Source: Cyanophora paradoxa CCMP329 (lineage: Eukaryota > Plantae > Glaucophyta). Taken from it: 64,000 nt of DNA. Position numbers and translations under genes: made by a program. The notes under the pieces are model-generated. The model saw nothing but the letters and a program-made list of their open reading frames with translations. It ran no database searches and was not told the DNA's origin. The stretch lies in the NCBI GenBank assembly GCA_004431415.1, contig QPMI01000416.1:620001-684000 (forward strand), written 5' to 3'. Positions 36,601 through 48,567 of the stretch are shown here, piece after piece. Each line of letters opens with the position of its first letter. The first letter of the stretch is position 1.

Positions 36601-39600
36601 TCTTATAACTCGCCCTTAAGTTCCAGCTTAGATATATTGCAACTTTCTTATAATTCGCATTAAGCTTGTCGCATTATAGTTCTTATAATTTCTAAGGATT
36701 CAGAGCGCCGTCTTAAGACCTAAGACTTAGGTCCGCGTAAAGCTTAAGAGTGGAAGAAAGGGAGGGGCGCACGATAAATCGCCGCGGGCGTGGCGGGCGC
36801 GTTACTATAATTCGCCTTTAAGTTCGAGCTCACTTATATTGCCAAGTTCTTATACTTCGCCCTTACTTTCCAGCTTAGATGTATTGCAAGTTTCTTAAGG
36901 GCGCACGATGAAGTGGCCGCGGGCGTGGCGGGCGCCGACGTTCTTGCCCGCGTACTCCAGCACCGGCAGCTGCGGCCCCGCGGGGGGGCGTGATCATGAG
37001 ATGCATACGACGCGGGAATGAATATGTACGGCGGAACGGGGGGCGACGACAGCTTAGGGAAAGATCAATCTCTTCGATCGCGAGCTAGGGCGGACCTGCT
37101 GGTCGCCTCGGAAGAGGGCGCGGAGGTGGCCCGCGCCGCTATCAAGCCGAGCTTAAGCTTATAAATCTCCTTTTTACAATGTGGAGGCGCACGCTGTCAA
37201 GCAAGCCAGGGCTATAAACTATGCATTTCGAATGTAGAGGCGCGAGCGGACGGCCGCGGACCCGCTGGTCGCCGCGGAAGAGGGCGTGGAGGTGGCGCGG
37301 GACGGTGACGATGCGGACGGGGAGGCCCAGCGGCCACACGAACGCCCGCGCCAGCGGCTCCCTGCGCACGCGCGCCCGGCAGAGGACGGTGAGAGACGGC
37401 AGATGCAGAGGTAGAAGAAGAGGGGGGGAGCCTCGGGGGGGGGGGGGGGGGGGGGGGAGGCAAAGGGGGCGGGGCGCCGGGGCGGAGAGGAGGAGGCGGC
37501 GGCGAGATCTGGAGAGGACGCTTGCAGACGAGCCCGTTGGGAGGGCGGCGGCGGCTGGCGGCTGGCGGAATGCAGTGGGTGGCTATAGAATGTAAAACCA
37601 ACTATGCAGGTGAAAGCGAAGGGCGTATTTGAGCTCAGTGGGAAGTGGAAAGCTTGTTAAGAAGTGGGGAGCGGCCTCGCGCACGCGCGCTCGAGGGGGT
37701 TCCAGTCGACGACGACGAGCTCCGCGTCGATGCGGTGCCGCTCGCACAGGCCCCCCAGCATCTTCACGAAGATCTAACGGAAATTTATTAAGAGAGAACG
37801 GGAATCAAAGGAAGAGAGAACGGGAATCAAATTAAAGGAAAGGGAGTGCCTGGAATCGCTGGCGGAGGTTTCCGCCGTAGTCGTCGTTGCGCGTGACCGT
37901 CACGAACGAGACGTAGGGCCGGGGCGCCTCTGTTGCCCCCTCGGCCGCCTCTGTTGTTTCCCCCTCGGTCGCCTCGCGCGGGGTGCGCGGGCCGAACTGG
38001 TGCGCCCGGGGGCGCATGCGGAGGAGCTCCGGGTCGATGAGGGGGGGCGGCGAGGGGGTTGGAGCGGGCGGGGGCGGGGCGGGGCGGGGCCGGCGAGTCC
38101 AAGGCAGAGTCGGGCCAGGGCGGCGTGGGGGTTGGAGCGGGCGGGGGCGGGGGCGGGCGTGGGGCGGCGCCCAGCGCCGCAAGGTCCCGCGCCCAGGCGG
38201 AGGCGAGGGCGACGTCTTCGGCGCTGACAACGCCCGCGGCCGCCAGCGCCGCGACCAGGTCCGGAAGCAGGTCGAGGGGAGAGGAGGAGGAGGACGGGCG
38301 CCAGGCGGCCACGGCGGCGGCGGCGGCGGCGGCGAGGCCCTCGGGGGAATCCGAGGCGCACCGGGCGCCCTCCATCGTCCGCCCGCGGAGAAGGTAGACG
38401 GGGCGGCCCGGGAGCTCCCAAAGGAGCCTTTGGGCGATGGCGGCGCGGACGACGCCGGCGGCGCAGTCGTCGGGCAAGGAGGACGGGAGGAACAGGGCCC
38501 AGAAAGACTCCCGGTGGGCCAGGAGGAGCGGGGAGGCCCCGACGAAGAGGTGGGGCCGGGCGACGTGGGAGGGGTACAGGGAATCGGGGCAGCCGGCGGG
38601 GGCGTCGGCCTGGAGGGGGTACCGGACGGCCGACGCGGCGGCGGCGACGTCGGCCGGGTCGCGGAGGAGGGGGCCTACGGCCGCGGGGCCGTTTCTTCGT
38701 CTTCGGGACCACCCGAGGCCGGGGTCCGACGAGCCGGCCAGCGGGTCCGCGACCCGGGCGACCTCGGCCGACCCGCGCAGGGCGCAGGGCGCCGGCAGGG
38801 GCGACCCGGCGGAGAGGTAGGCGTGCTGAGTGAGGCGAGAGTGAGTTTAGCACTTCGCTTAGCTTAGTTTAGCTCGCAAGCAGACACACGGACGCTAAGC
38901 TTAGCTTGATTAGATTAGAGTAGCTTAGATAAGCATATCTAGATTAGATTGGATTGGATTAAATTAGCATAGCTGGGAACGTATCGATCGGGTCGGACCG
39001 CGGCGGTGGGGACCGGGCGCGGGCGGAGTTTCGCTAAGATTGCCTTCGCTCGGGTCGCATCGGCGCTCGGGCGCGCGCCCACGGACCGCCGGGGCGGGGA
39101 GGAGGCGCGGAAGAAGGTTGCCGCCGGCGTCGTAGGCGGGGAGGGCGACGGGGGCGTCGTGGAGGAGGCCGGCGTCTCATTAGACTTATCTCAGCTTGAT
39201 TAGATTGGATTGGATTAGCTTAAATTAGCTTAGCTTAGCCGGGGTCTTAACTGTTGGGTCGGACCGCACCGCGGGGGCGGGGAGGAGGCGCGGGTGGAGG
39301 TTGCCGCCGGCGTCGCTGGCGGGGAGGGCGACGGGGGCGTCGTGGAGGAGCCCGGCGTCGCCCGCCACGACGTCCATGACCACCCGCGCTGCGCAGAGGC
39401 GAAGATTATAAGTTACATTGGTCTACTTGAAGTGGGGCTAAATGCTTCAGGCTTTAGGCTTTAGCGGGGCTGCGCGCCGAGGGCTAGCGGGGCACCCCCG
39501 CTGCGCGTCAAGACCAAGAGTTGATTAGTCTACTTGTAGCCCGAATGTTCAGCGTCTATGTCAACGTAAAGTATCTAGAATCTTATCGTAGATTCAGTTT

Positions 39601-42600
39601 GATCTAGAGTCTCTCCAGGCGCCCGCACCGCCGCGCTGGATGGCGTAGAGGAAGGCGGGGAGGCGGGCGGCGGGGGAGCCCGGGGGGGCGGCGCGCCCCG
39701 CCCCGAAGCGCGCGAGCTCGGGCCCGCCGGCCGCCAGCACCGTCGCGCCGGGAGGCGCCCCGCCCACCCGGGGTCCGCGCCGGGGCTGCGCGCCGGAGGT
39801 TGGCTAGATGCGCGCGCGGTGCCTCGAGACCGGCGGGGGCTAGCCGGCCGCTCTCGCATCGATTAGGTTGGAAGCGATCGGGGCGCCGGGGGCGCACCTC
39901 AGGACGACGAGCACGCGCCAGCCCGGCGAGAAGACCAGCTGCGGCGCTGTGAGCGGCACGGGGCGGTGCGGGGCGGCGGGGAGTGGGTGGGCGGCGGGCG
40001 GCGCTGAAGTTAAGCTGCAGGTAAGCTGGAGTCGTTGGGGAGCGTTAGAAAAATTCAAGTTTCTTTTGGGGAGCTAGGGCCGGGGACGAGACGGGGCGGG
40101 CCGGGGCGGCGGGAAGGGGAAGGGAGGGGTGGGCAAGAAGGGGGGGGAGGGGAGGGAGAAGGGGGGGGGAGGGGGGGGCTCAGCCGCTTAAGCGCGGGCG
40201 GGGGGGAGGAGGAGGAGGGAGGGGGGGGGGAAGGGGGGCTCGGCGGTCGTCGGGGCTCAGTTTCTTAGGCCTTCTCATCTCCTTGAGCACGCACGCGGGG
40301 GGCGAGGGCCGGGGGCGGGGCGCCAGCCGCGGCGCGGAGGACGATCCAGCGGTCCGATGCGAGGTTGGGTCTCGGCAGGGACGCCGGAGCAGAGACTGCG
40401 CCCGGCGCAGCGCAGTCAGCGCTGATTACGACGAGCGCACAGGGGCGCTCGCAAAGGTAATGAGATGGAAGGAAAAGGGCGCACAGGGGCGGTAGGAGGC
40501 GCGGGCGAGGGTCGGGAGGCCGTCGACGAGGAGGAAGAGGGGCAGGTCGGACCCGTACCCGGACGGCGCCGCGCACCTGCCGCGGCGGTTAGACTCTAAC
40601 TTTCGCACTAGACGACTGCAGTAGATTGCATAAGAAGAGGTTCGCGAAAACAATCGCGGTACCGGTTACGCAGTCGCAGGTGCATTAGAGGATTGCATAA
40701 GAAGATTCTATTAGATACTACGAGCGCTTCTGATCCTAGGGCCTAATCTAATCTAAGGCTGCGGCGCCGCGCACCGCAGCCGCAGGTGGGGCTCGAGGTG
40801 CGAGGGCGCCCCGCACGGCCGCCCCGCGATCCAAACCTGCCGGGGCGCGTCAGAACAGAAACCGCGGCGAGGCGGGCGGGAACTCCGGAACGGCACTCGA
40901 CGATCGAAACGAGCATCCTATCAGCCGATCGAGCAAAACTTCTTGTCTAATCTCTCCGAAGAATCGCCGCGCCCTGGAAAATAGCAAACTCTAAAAGCGC
41001 AGCGGACTCTAATAGCAAAGAACCGCCGCTGGATTGCGCATCTTGTCTAATCTCTAAAGAAACGCCTTTCATAATCTAGCAAAATCCAGGCGCGGCGGTT
41101 CTCCGCGCCCGAAAGGCGCAGCGGACCCGGGGGGCGGCGGCGGGGGGCCGTCAGAAAGGAAACCGCGGCGCGGCGGGCGGGAACTTCGGAGCGGCACTCG
41201 AACTATCAGCCGAGAGAGAAAAAGAAATCTCTCCAAAGAAACGCCGCGCCCTGGAAAATAGCAAGTTCTAAAAGCGCAGCGGACCCTGGGGGCGGCGGCG
41301 GGGGGCCCGAAGTTGACGCCGCGCCCTGGAAAACAGCAAACTCTAATGACAGAGCATCTTGCCCACTTTTTCCAACGAAACGCCCGAAAGAACGCCTCTT
41401 CTCATTGTCTAGCCCCTCCAAAGCGAAGGCGCAGCGGACCCTGGGGGCGGCGGCGGGGGGCCCGAGGTTGACGCCGGCGACCTCGACGGGCGAGCCGTCC
41501 ACAGAGGCGTTCGAGACGGCGCCGGGGTCCCGCGAGACCGCGGGGCCTGCGTGCGCGCGGGGCAGAGTGAGGCCTCGGCCCCGGCGCGCGTTTGAGTGTA
41601 AAGCTCAGAAGAAGCTCAAGAAGCTAAGAAGCTAGGAAGTTACGAAGCTAAGAAGGTTAGAAGGTACGAAGCTGAGAAGCTAAGAAGCTAAAAAGCTGAG
41701 AAGCTAAGAGAATTCGAAGCTTAGAAGCTCAAGAAGCTCGAGAATCTAAGAAGCGTTCGAGACGGCGCCGGGGTCCCGCGAGACCGCGGGGCCTGCAGAG
41801 TGCAATGAGGGCCCGAGGGTTTGAAGGGAGAATCGAAAGTCAGGAGGTCTAGCTGGAAGTGGGGGCGGAGGGAACAGGAAAGAGTCGACGTAGAGGGTAG
41901 AGAAAGAACCGGGGGGGGGGGGGGGAAGGGGGGGAAGGCGGACCCTGGTACATGAAGAGGCCCCTGCCGGTGTCGCCCGAGTCCCGCGGCCCCGACTGGA
42001 CCTGCGGGGCTCGTCAGACGCCGGCGGGGTGCGAAGCAAGGAAGGGGGCCGAGGAGGGGGGGGGGGGGCGGGGCAAGCAGAGAAGTGGGGGGAGAGGGGG
42101 GGAGAGGGGGGGGGGAGGGGGGAACTTAAGAAGAAGACGACGAACTAAACGGAGCGGCCGGGGTACTAACTGATGCGCACGAGGAGATCCTTGGAGTGAC
42201 CGGAGCGATGTAGCCTAAGGTGGAGGGGCGGCTCTAAGGCCTATCAGAGTGGATAGGAGGCTATATCGCTACCTATATCGCCCAAGACACGGCCTCGGTG
42301 GCGATATACACGGCCTCCTATCAACTCAAACCGTCTCGGGCGGGCGGGCGGCCGGGGGGCGCACGAGGACGTCCTTGGAGTGGCCGGAGCCGGGCGGGGG
42401 CCGGCAGAAGACCACGAAGCCCTCCATCACCACCTGCGCGAGCGGCGACGAGGAGGGAGGGTGAGCAGGACATCCGGGCTACGCGTGGAAGCTAAGAAGC
42501 CAAGGAGCCAATTGCAAGAAGCCAAGAAGCTTAAAGCTTGAGAAGTGGGCGCGCTCGAAGAAGCCGAAGAAGCTAAGAAGCCAAAGAAGGTAAGGAGCTT

Positions 42601-45461
42601 AAGGAGAAGAAGCTAAGAAACTCACGCTCCTACGAGCTGATCCAAGGCGGGGCGCACGTTTGGGTAGGCGCAGGGGACGCGAAACTTATATAATATAAGC
42701 TGGAGCCAAGCTGAATCTAAGCAGAAGCTAAGAAGCTTAAGAATTCGAAGCTAATTATATAAGATCTCGCAGGGCGGCGATGTAAAAGGAATTATACATA
42801 TATTTATATGGCTCGTCCAACGCGCACGTTGGGGTTGGCGCAGGGGAGGCCCCCGACGTGGACGGCGACGGGCGCCGCGCGGAGGCCGACCGCCGCCTAA
42901 GAAGCTAAGAAGCTCAAGAAGCTTAAGAAGCTAATCCTCTTTTTCTATGGGCGCACGTTGGGGTTGGCGCAGGGGAGGCCCCCGACGTGGACGGCGACGG
43001 GCGCCGCGCGGAGGCCGACCGCCGCCTAAGAAGCTAAGAAGCTCAAGAAGCTTAAGAAGCTAATCCTCTTTTTCTATGGGCGCACGTTGGGGTTGGCGCA
43101 GGGGAGGCCCCCGACGTGGACGGCGACGGGCGCCGAGCGGAGGCCGACGTGCAGGCCGACCACCGCCTAAGAAGCTAAGAAGCTTAAGAAGCCTAAGAAG
43201 CTTTTTTAATATAAGCTAAGAAGCTCAAGAATCCGAAGCTTAAGCTTACGTTGGGGTTGGCGCAGGGGAGGCCCCCGACGTGGACGGCGACGGGCGCGGA
43301 GCGGAGGCCGACGTGCAGGCCGACCACCGCCAGCTCCTCCCCGGAGGCCGTCGGCTGCGCGTTCCGGGAAGCTTATAATTAGGATTCGGAAGAAGAAGCG
43401 CAGGTTCTAGGAGAAGGAGCTTAAGAAGCTGCCGCGGCAGGCGCGCGGGCATTAGCGAAGCCGAAGCCAAGAAGCAGAAGACAAGGAGGAAAAGGATTCA
43501 GTCTAGCTCGATCTCAAGCTTTTCGGCTTTTGGGGACTAGAGCAGCCGGCTCCCACCCGGGCGCCGATGGCAGTCGTGGGGCGCGCGGCGCGGGGGTCCC
43601 AGGCGCGGGCGTGGGCGCGGGTAGGATGGCGCGGAGGCATAGAGGCGTAGCATAGAGGCGGCGAAGCTTAAAGCTTGAGGAGCGGGCGCGCTCCAAGAAG
43701 CCGAAGAAGCTAAGAAGCCAAAGAAGGAAGGAGCTTTAGGAAAAGAAGCTAAGAAGCTCAAGGCGTAGCATAGAGGCGGTCTAGATGGTGGAGCACCCAT
43801 TGGGGTAAGCAAGAGAGGGCGGTCTAAATTCACAGGCCGGGGAGCGGGGAGCGGGGCAAAGCGGAGCGGGACGGGACGGGACGGGGGGGAATGGGGGTGG
43901 AGAGGGGGAAGGAAAGGGGGGGGGGGGGCGTGTGGGGCAGGGTAGGGCGGGGCAGGGCACCGGCATCGTGACGCCGAAGATGATGGGGTCCGACGAGTCG
44001 GCCAGGACGAACTGGACGGGGGATTCGGCGTCAAGAAAGGCGAGGGGGGTACGCGTACAACGGCGAACCGTGAGGGTCCCCGAGAAGGGTACGGGCCCTG
44101 GGTTCGCCAGGGCGAGGCGCGCGTGCTCGCCGGGGCCGACGTACCCCGCGTCCACCCGATGCACCTCCCCCTGTGGAGCCGCATGGGGGCAGAGCTACGG
44201 CGGGGGGGGAGGGGGGGGGGGGGGGGGGGGGCGGGTTGATCTGCACCTGGGTACAGGTCCCGAGGGCGTCGGAGACGGTGCGGTCGTAGACGAACAGTCC
44301 CCCGGACGCTAGTGCCGCGTAGTCCGAATCCCGAAGCGCGAGTACCCTGGAAGGGAAGCGTTGAGGAGGGGTACGATATCCGGTGGGGGTACGTGCCGCG
44401 CACGAGAGGCGGGCGCCCGGCGGTGGCTCCCCTTCGTCGAAGGCGAAGGTGTACCTGCGCAAAGTCTGGGTGGGAGGGAGGGGTACAGCATTTCGGCTGT
44501 TGAAACGCGGTACGGCACCAGAAGGCGCAGGGGCAGGCCCGGGCGGATCGGAAGGCCACCGTCTGAGCGGTTTCCAGAAGCAGCCGTCGCGTCTCTGCGG
44601 GGGGTACCGGCGCCGTTGAGAAGGGGGGTACGCGGGGCTGAGGAGGGGGCAGGGTCCGGACGGGGCGCTCGCCTGCAGGGTGCGCTTCGAATGCGACACG
44701 AACGCTGCGGGGGTTACAGTAAAAAGAGGGCGGGGAGCGAACAGAGAAAGGGGGTACAGCGTCGTACACGGCGGTGGCGTGGTGATTCGCGGACGCGTGG
44801 GCGCGGAACAGCACTGCCATTCGGCCGCCGTCGGCCTGCGGGACGGGAGGAGCGTCGGCTCCTGACCCTGCCATGCGGGGTACGTGGAAAGTACCTCAAG
44901 GGGGGACCGTGAGAAGTAGCGAAAGACGTAGCGCTGCGGGAAGGACCGCGGGGGCGCAGGGGCGGCGTCAGCGGCGGGCGGGCGTGCGGGCGTGCGGGCG
45001 GGCGGGCGACGGGCGTGCCTGTCCGAGGAGCGACGTTTCCATTGTCGCGTTCGAGAGGCCCTCGGGCGGGGAGCGCGCGTAGCCCTCCGCGCTCGTCAGC
45101 CAGATCGAAACCTGCGCCACAGTTCCAAACGCGGGCGCGGATCCGGAGCGCTCTTCGACGAGCCTGCGCCGCGCACCATGCCGTACTCGGTCGTGACGAT
45201 GAGCGAGTAGATGCAGGGGCAGTCGCCGGGCGAGGTGAGCACGAGGTCCTGGCTCGCAAGCACGACGTACACGCTCCCGCGGTCTGCGGGCGCCGGGCCG
45301 CATTGGTAGCGCTCTCCTGCGACAGCGAGACTTCCGGGGCCTCGCGGGGACGGCGGCGCACCTCTCGCATCGACGCCCGTGAGCCGCGCGACAGCCAGCG
45401 CGAGCTGCAGCAGGAGCGCGATCCACGTTACCGCGCGCCTCCGCCCGCGTCGTCGGTCCAT
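33644..45461 (-). CDS. Large secreted or membrane-anchored multidomain glycosyltransferase: signal/TM, CUB-like(?), two IPT/TIG, STELLO-like, GT-A (GT2-like)
   Basis: N-terminus AVTWIALLLQLALAVA. IPT-like: GEELAVVGLHVG...VHVGGLPC...FCRPPPGSG and VWIAGRPC...LRCAAPSGYGSDL. STELLO-like: DRWIVL, FLYAIQRGA, FWALFLP...AQRLLWE, WARDLAALG. GT: VSFVTVTRNDDYGG, ELVVVDWN, EYAGKNVGARHARG, GDFQLLSREAFHRVRGF, NGPGWGL. Apparent frameshifts near 39760 and 38090. Confidence 0.72.
42828..43354 (-). repeat. Tandem array of duplicated exon copies (129-bp period) separated by AAGCT(A/C)AG-rich spacers
   Basis: Exon 43250-43354 (105 nt) has copies at 43086-43166 (81 nt), 42957-43025 (69 nt) and 42828-42896 (69 nt). 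Each is flanked by AG and GT on the minus strand. Confidence 0.92.
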
Positions 45462-45771
45462 CGCCGCCTCGGGCGCCACTCCGCGTCAGCTGCAGCGCTC
45501 CGCCAGCCCCGCAGCTGCGAATCCACGGCGCTGCATCTGCGCACACTCCCCGCGAGCAGCCGTAGCTTCTCTGACTTCCTGTGGGTCTAACGGCGGTACC
45601 GGTGTCTTCGCGCTTCTTGGCGTCTCTTCGCTGGCCCGGAGGACTCTGAAGTCGCCGGTTCGGCACCGCGCGAGCTCACTTTCCGCGAAGCGCAGCCCCT
45701 CGGCGCTCTCGTCGCCGGAACCTCCACGAGATGCAGTAGGAGCGCGGACGAGGCTTGGCGAGCTTTTAGGC

Positions 45772-48567
45772 ATGGAAGGAGCCCCAGGCGCCGAGGCGCA
45801 GACCCGGCGGCCTCCGGGAACCGCCTTTAAGCAGCAGCGGCTGCCAGCTAAGACCCCGCTGCTCACACCCGTTGTGGTGATAAGCTTCTTCTTCGTCGTC
45901 GGCATGGTCTTCCTCCCGATTGGGATTGCGCTCCTGCGGACGAGCCAGGGCGTCACCGAGGTGCGGCCGCCCCGCTTAGCGCTCCCCTGCCCTGCATTCG
46001 TCACGGCTCAGCCGGCGGCCAGGTCCGCCAGATGTACTCAACGCCCGAGAACCCCAACGTGGCGCACTGCAGCCCGGCCACGCGCTCCCAGGCCTGCACG
46101 GTCAACGTTACCGTGCATGTCCCGACGACCATCAAAGGCCCCGTCTACTTCTACTACACGCTCGACAGGTTCCACCAGGTGCGCCGCTCCGATCCCCGGA
46201 GCAGGCGCGCAGCCCCGCCCCGGGCCCGCTGACGCCGGTGCGCGCCTAGAACTATCGAGCTTACGTAAAGGTGTGCATCCGCTGCCCCGCTGCGCTCCGC
46301 GCGGCTCGCCGCCCCGGCCCGCGGCCGCCCCCGACTGACCCGCCGCCCGCAGTACCGGAGCGACCTGCAGCTGCGCGGCGAGCCAGTAACAAAGAAGCAG
46401 CTCGTGCGCCCTTTGCGATGCGCCGCGCGCCGAACGCGGCGCGCTCACCGCCGCGCCCGCAGGACACGGCGTGCAAGAACTACTTCGTTCGCCCGCCGCC
46501 CGCGCCCCGCGCCCGCCCGCCCCCCGGCGCCGGCGCGCCCTCGAACGCGCCGTGCCGCAGCAAAACCCTCCCGGGATCTCCAACTGCGATCCGAACGACC
46601 CGACGAAGCCATGGTCTGCCCCCGCCCCGCCCCTCCCGCCCCGCCCGCCCGTCGCCTCGCCGACGGGGGCCCCAGCTGGAGCCCCTGCGGCCTGGCCGCC
46701 ATGTCCCTCTTCAACGGTACCCCCTTCCTTTTCCTTCCTTTCCCTCCTTTCTCTGCCTTAAGACGCGGCGCGGCGCCAGACACGTTCCCCGCCTTTGTCG
46801 CGCTGAACGCGTCGGGCCTGGAGCCCGGGACGGACCTGACACGGAGGTGGAGCGGCTCGGAAATCAGCTGGAAATCCGACCGCGCCAAGAAATTCTCGAA
46901 CGGCCCGGCCTGCTCCAAGGTCCGCCCCCCCGCCAGCCTGCGAGGGCGCCCCTCTAAACAAAAGGAACGTGCAACCGAGCCGAACCGCCGCCGGCCGCTC
47001 CCTCGCAGGTCAAGGGGTACGCCTTCCCGGGACAGTCCCCCGAGATCGCCTTCGCAGCGATGCGCAACGCGAGCGGCGGCGGGTGCGCGCGGCTCTCGCT
47101 TCTCCTCTCCTGTACCCCCCCCCCGCCCGAGCCGAGCCGAGCCGGCCGGACCCGCGGCAGGCCCCTCCCGGCGGCGGCCTACTGCTGGACCGACATAGAG
47201 GCGGAGGACTTCATCGTTTGGATGGCGCGTTCTGATCCCGCCCGGGGCCCGTCTAGCGGCTCCCCCCCCCCAAATAGAGGCGGCGGACTTTATCGTTCGG
47301 GTGGCGTTGCGATTCCGCCCCCCGCTCGTCTAGCAGCTCCTTCGCCCCGCCCTCCGGCCCGCCCGCCCGTCCCTTCTAGCCCAGTTCTTAGCGTCCTAGC
47401 CCCGTTCTTCTTCGATTGGATGGCGCGTTCTGATCCCGCCCGGGGCCTGTCTAGCGGCTTCGCCCCGTCCCGCCGTCCTCCCGCCCCCCCGCCCCCCGCC
47501 CCGCCGCTCCCGCCCCGCCGCCCCCGCCGATCAGTCCGATGGCGTTATGATGCCACCCCTCCGCCGGCGTTACGCTTATGGGCCGTCCGGCAGCTCCGCC
47601 CCGCCCTCCCCCCCGCCCGCCTCTTTTTTCATAGTCTCAGTCTCTAGCCGCCCCGCCCTGCGGCCGCCCGCCTCCCGCCCCCGACGCCCGCCGCCTGTAG
47701 TAGCTGCCTTGGCTGAGATCGCATGGGCCGGCCCAAGCTAGCTACAGAAAACATGGGCTGAGAGAAATGGGCCGTCCGTGCCTCGACCACGCGTTCGGTT
47801 CCTTGTTCTCATTGCAGCCGGCCTCTCTTGCAGCCCCGCCCTGCCGCCCGCTCCCTTTTAGCCATCGTCCCAACCCCACCCCCGCCCCGCCCCCATCCTG
47901 ACGAGTACCTCCTCTTCTGCAGCGGATGGCGGGCCTACCCAGTTTCCGCAAGCTCCACCGGGTCATCGACGGCGACCTCCCCGCTGGTACCCCCTTCCCT
48001 ACCCCCCCCCCTCCCCGCACCCCTCTCCGCCCCCGCCCCCCTCCCTCCCTCCCCCTCCCCCCACCTCCCCCGCGTTTCTCATGCGCCTTTCGCCCCCTCG
48101 AAGGCACTTACACCTTGACCGTCAACAACGGTTGGTTTTTTTGTTTGCCCTCGCCGTACTAGCGCGTACCCCCGTCACGCCCGTCCCACACAGTGTACCC
48201 CACCGCCGCCTTCGGAGCGTCGAAAGGGGTCCTCCTCACCAGCATGTCTTGGATGGGGTACGTCGTCCCGTCTCCTTCCTTCTCTCTCTCTCTCCCCCCC
48301 CCGCCTCGCCCGCAACACCCCACCCTGATTCGCGTACCCCCAGGGGGCGGAACGACTTCATTGGTCTCGCTTACCTCGCCTCGGGTACGCTGTGCATTCT
48401 CGTCGGCGCCGTTTTCCTCGCCAAGCACCTCCACTCCCCCCGGTGCTTTTTTGCGCTCGACGCCGACTATGCGTACCCCCGCTCACGCTCCGGGGTACAG
48501 GAAACTGGGCGACCCAAGGTTCTTGGTGTGGAGCCGGCAGTTGAAGCGTACGGCTGGGCCCAGCTAG
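45772..48567 (+). CDS. CDC50: CDC50/LEM3/ALIS family P4-ATPase (flippase) beta subunit
   Basis: Motifs AFKQQRLPA..P.LTP, PVYFYYTLDRFHQNYRAYVK, PCGLAAMSLFNDTF, EDFIVWMRMAGLPSFRKL, SWMGGRNDFIGLAYL and PRKLGD. Confidence 0.95.

Noticed and set aside
42820-43330. CRISPR-like regular repeat array
   Set aside because: The spacers are near-identical rather than unique, the repeats are exon copies, no cas genes are present and the context is eukaryotic.
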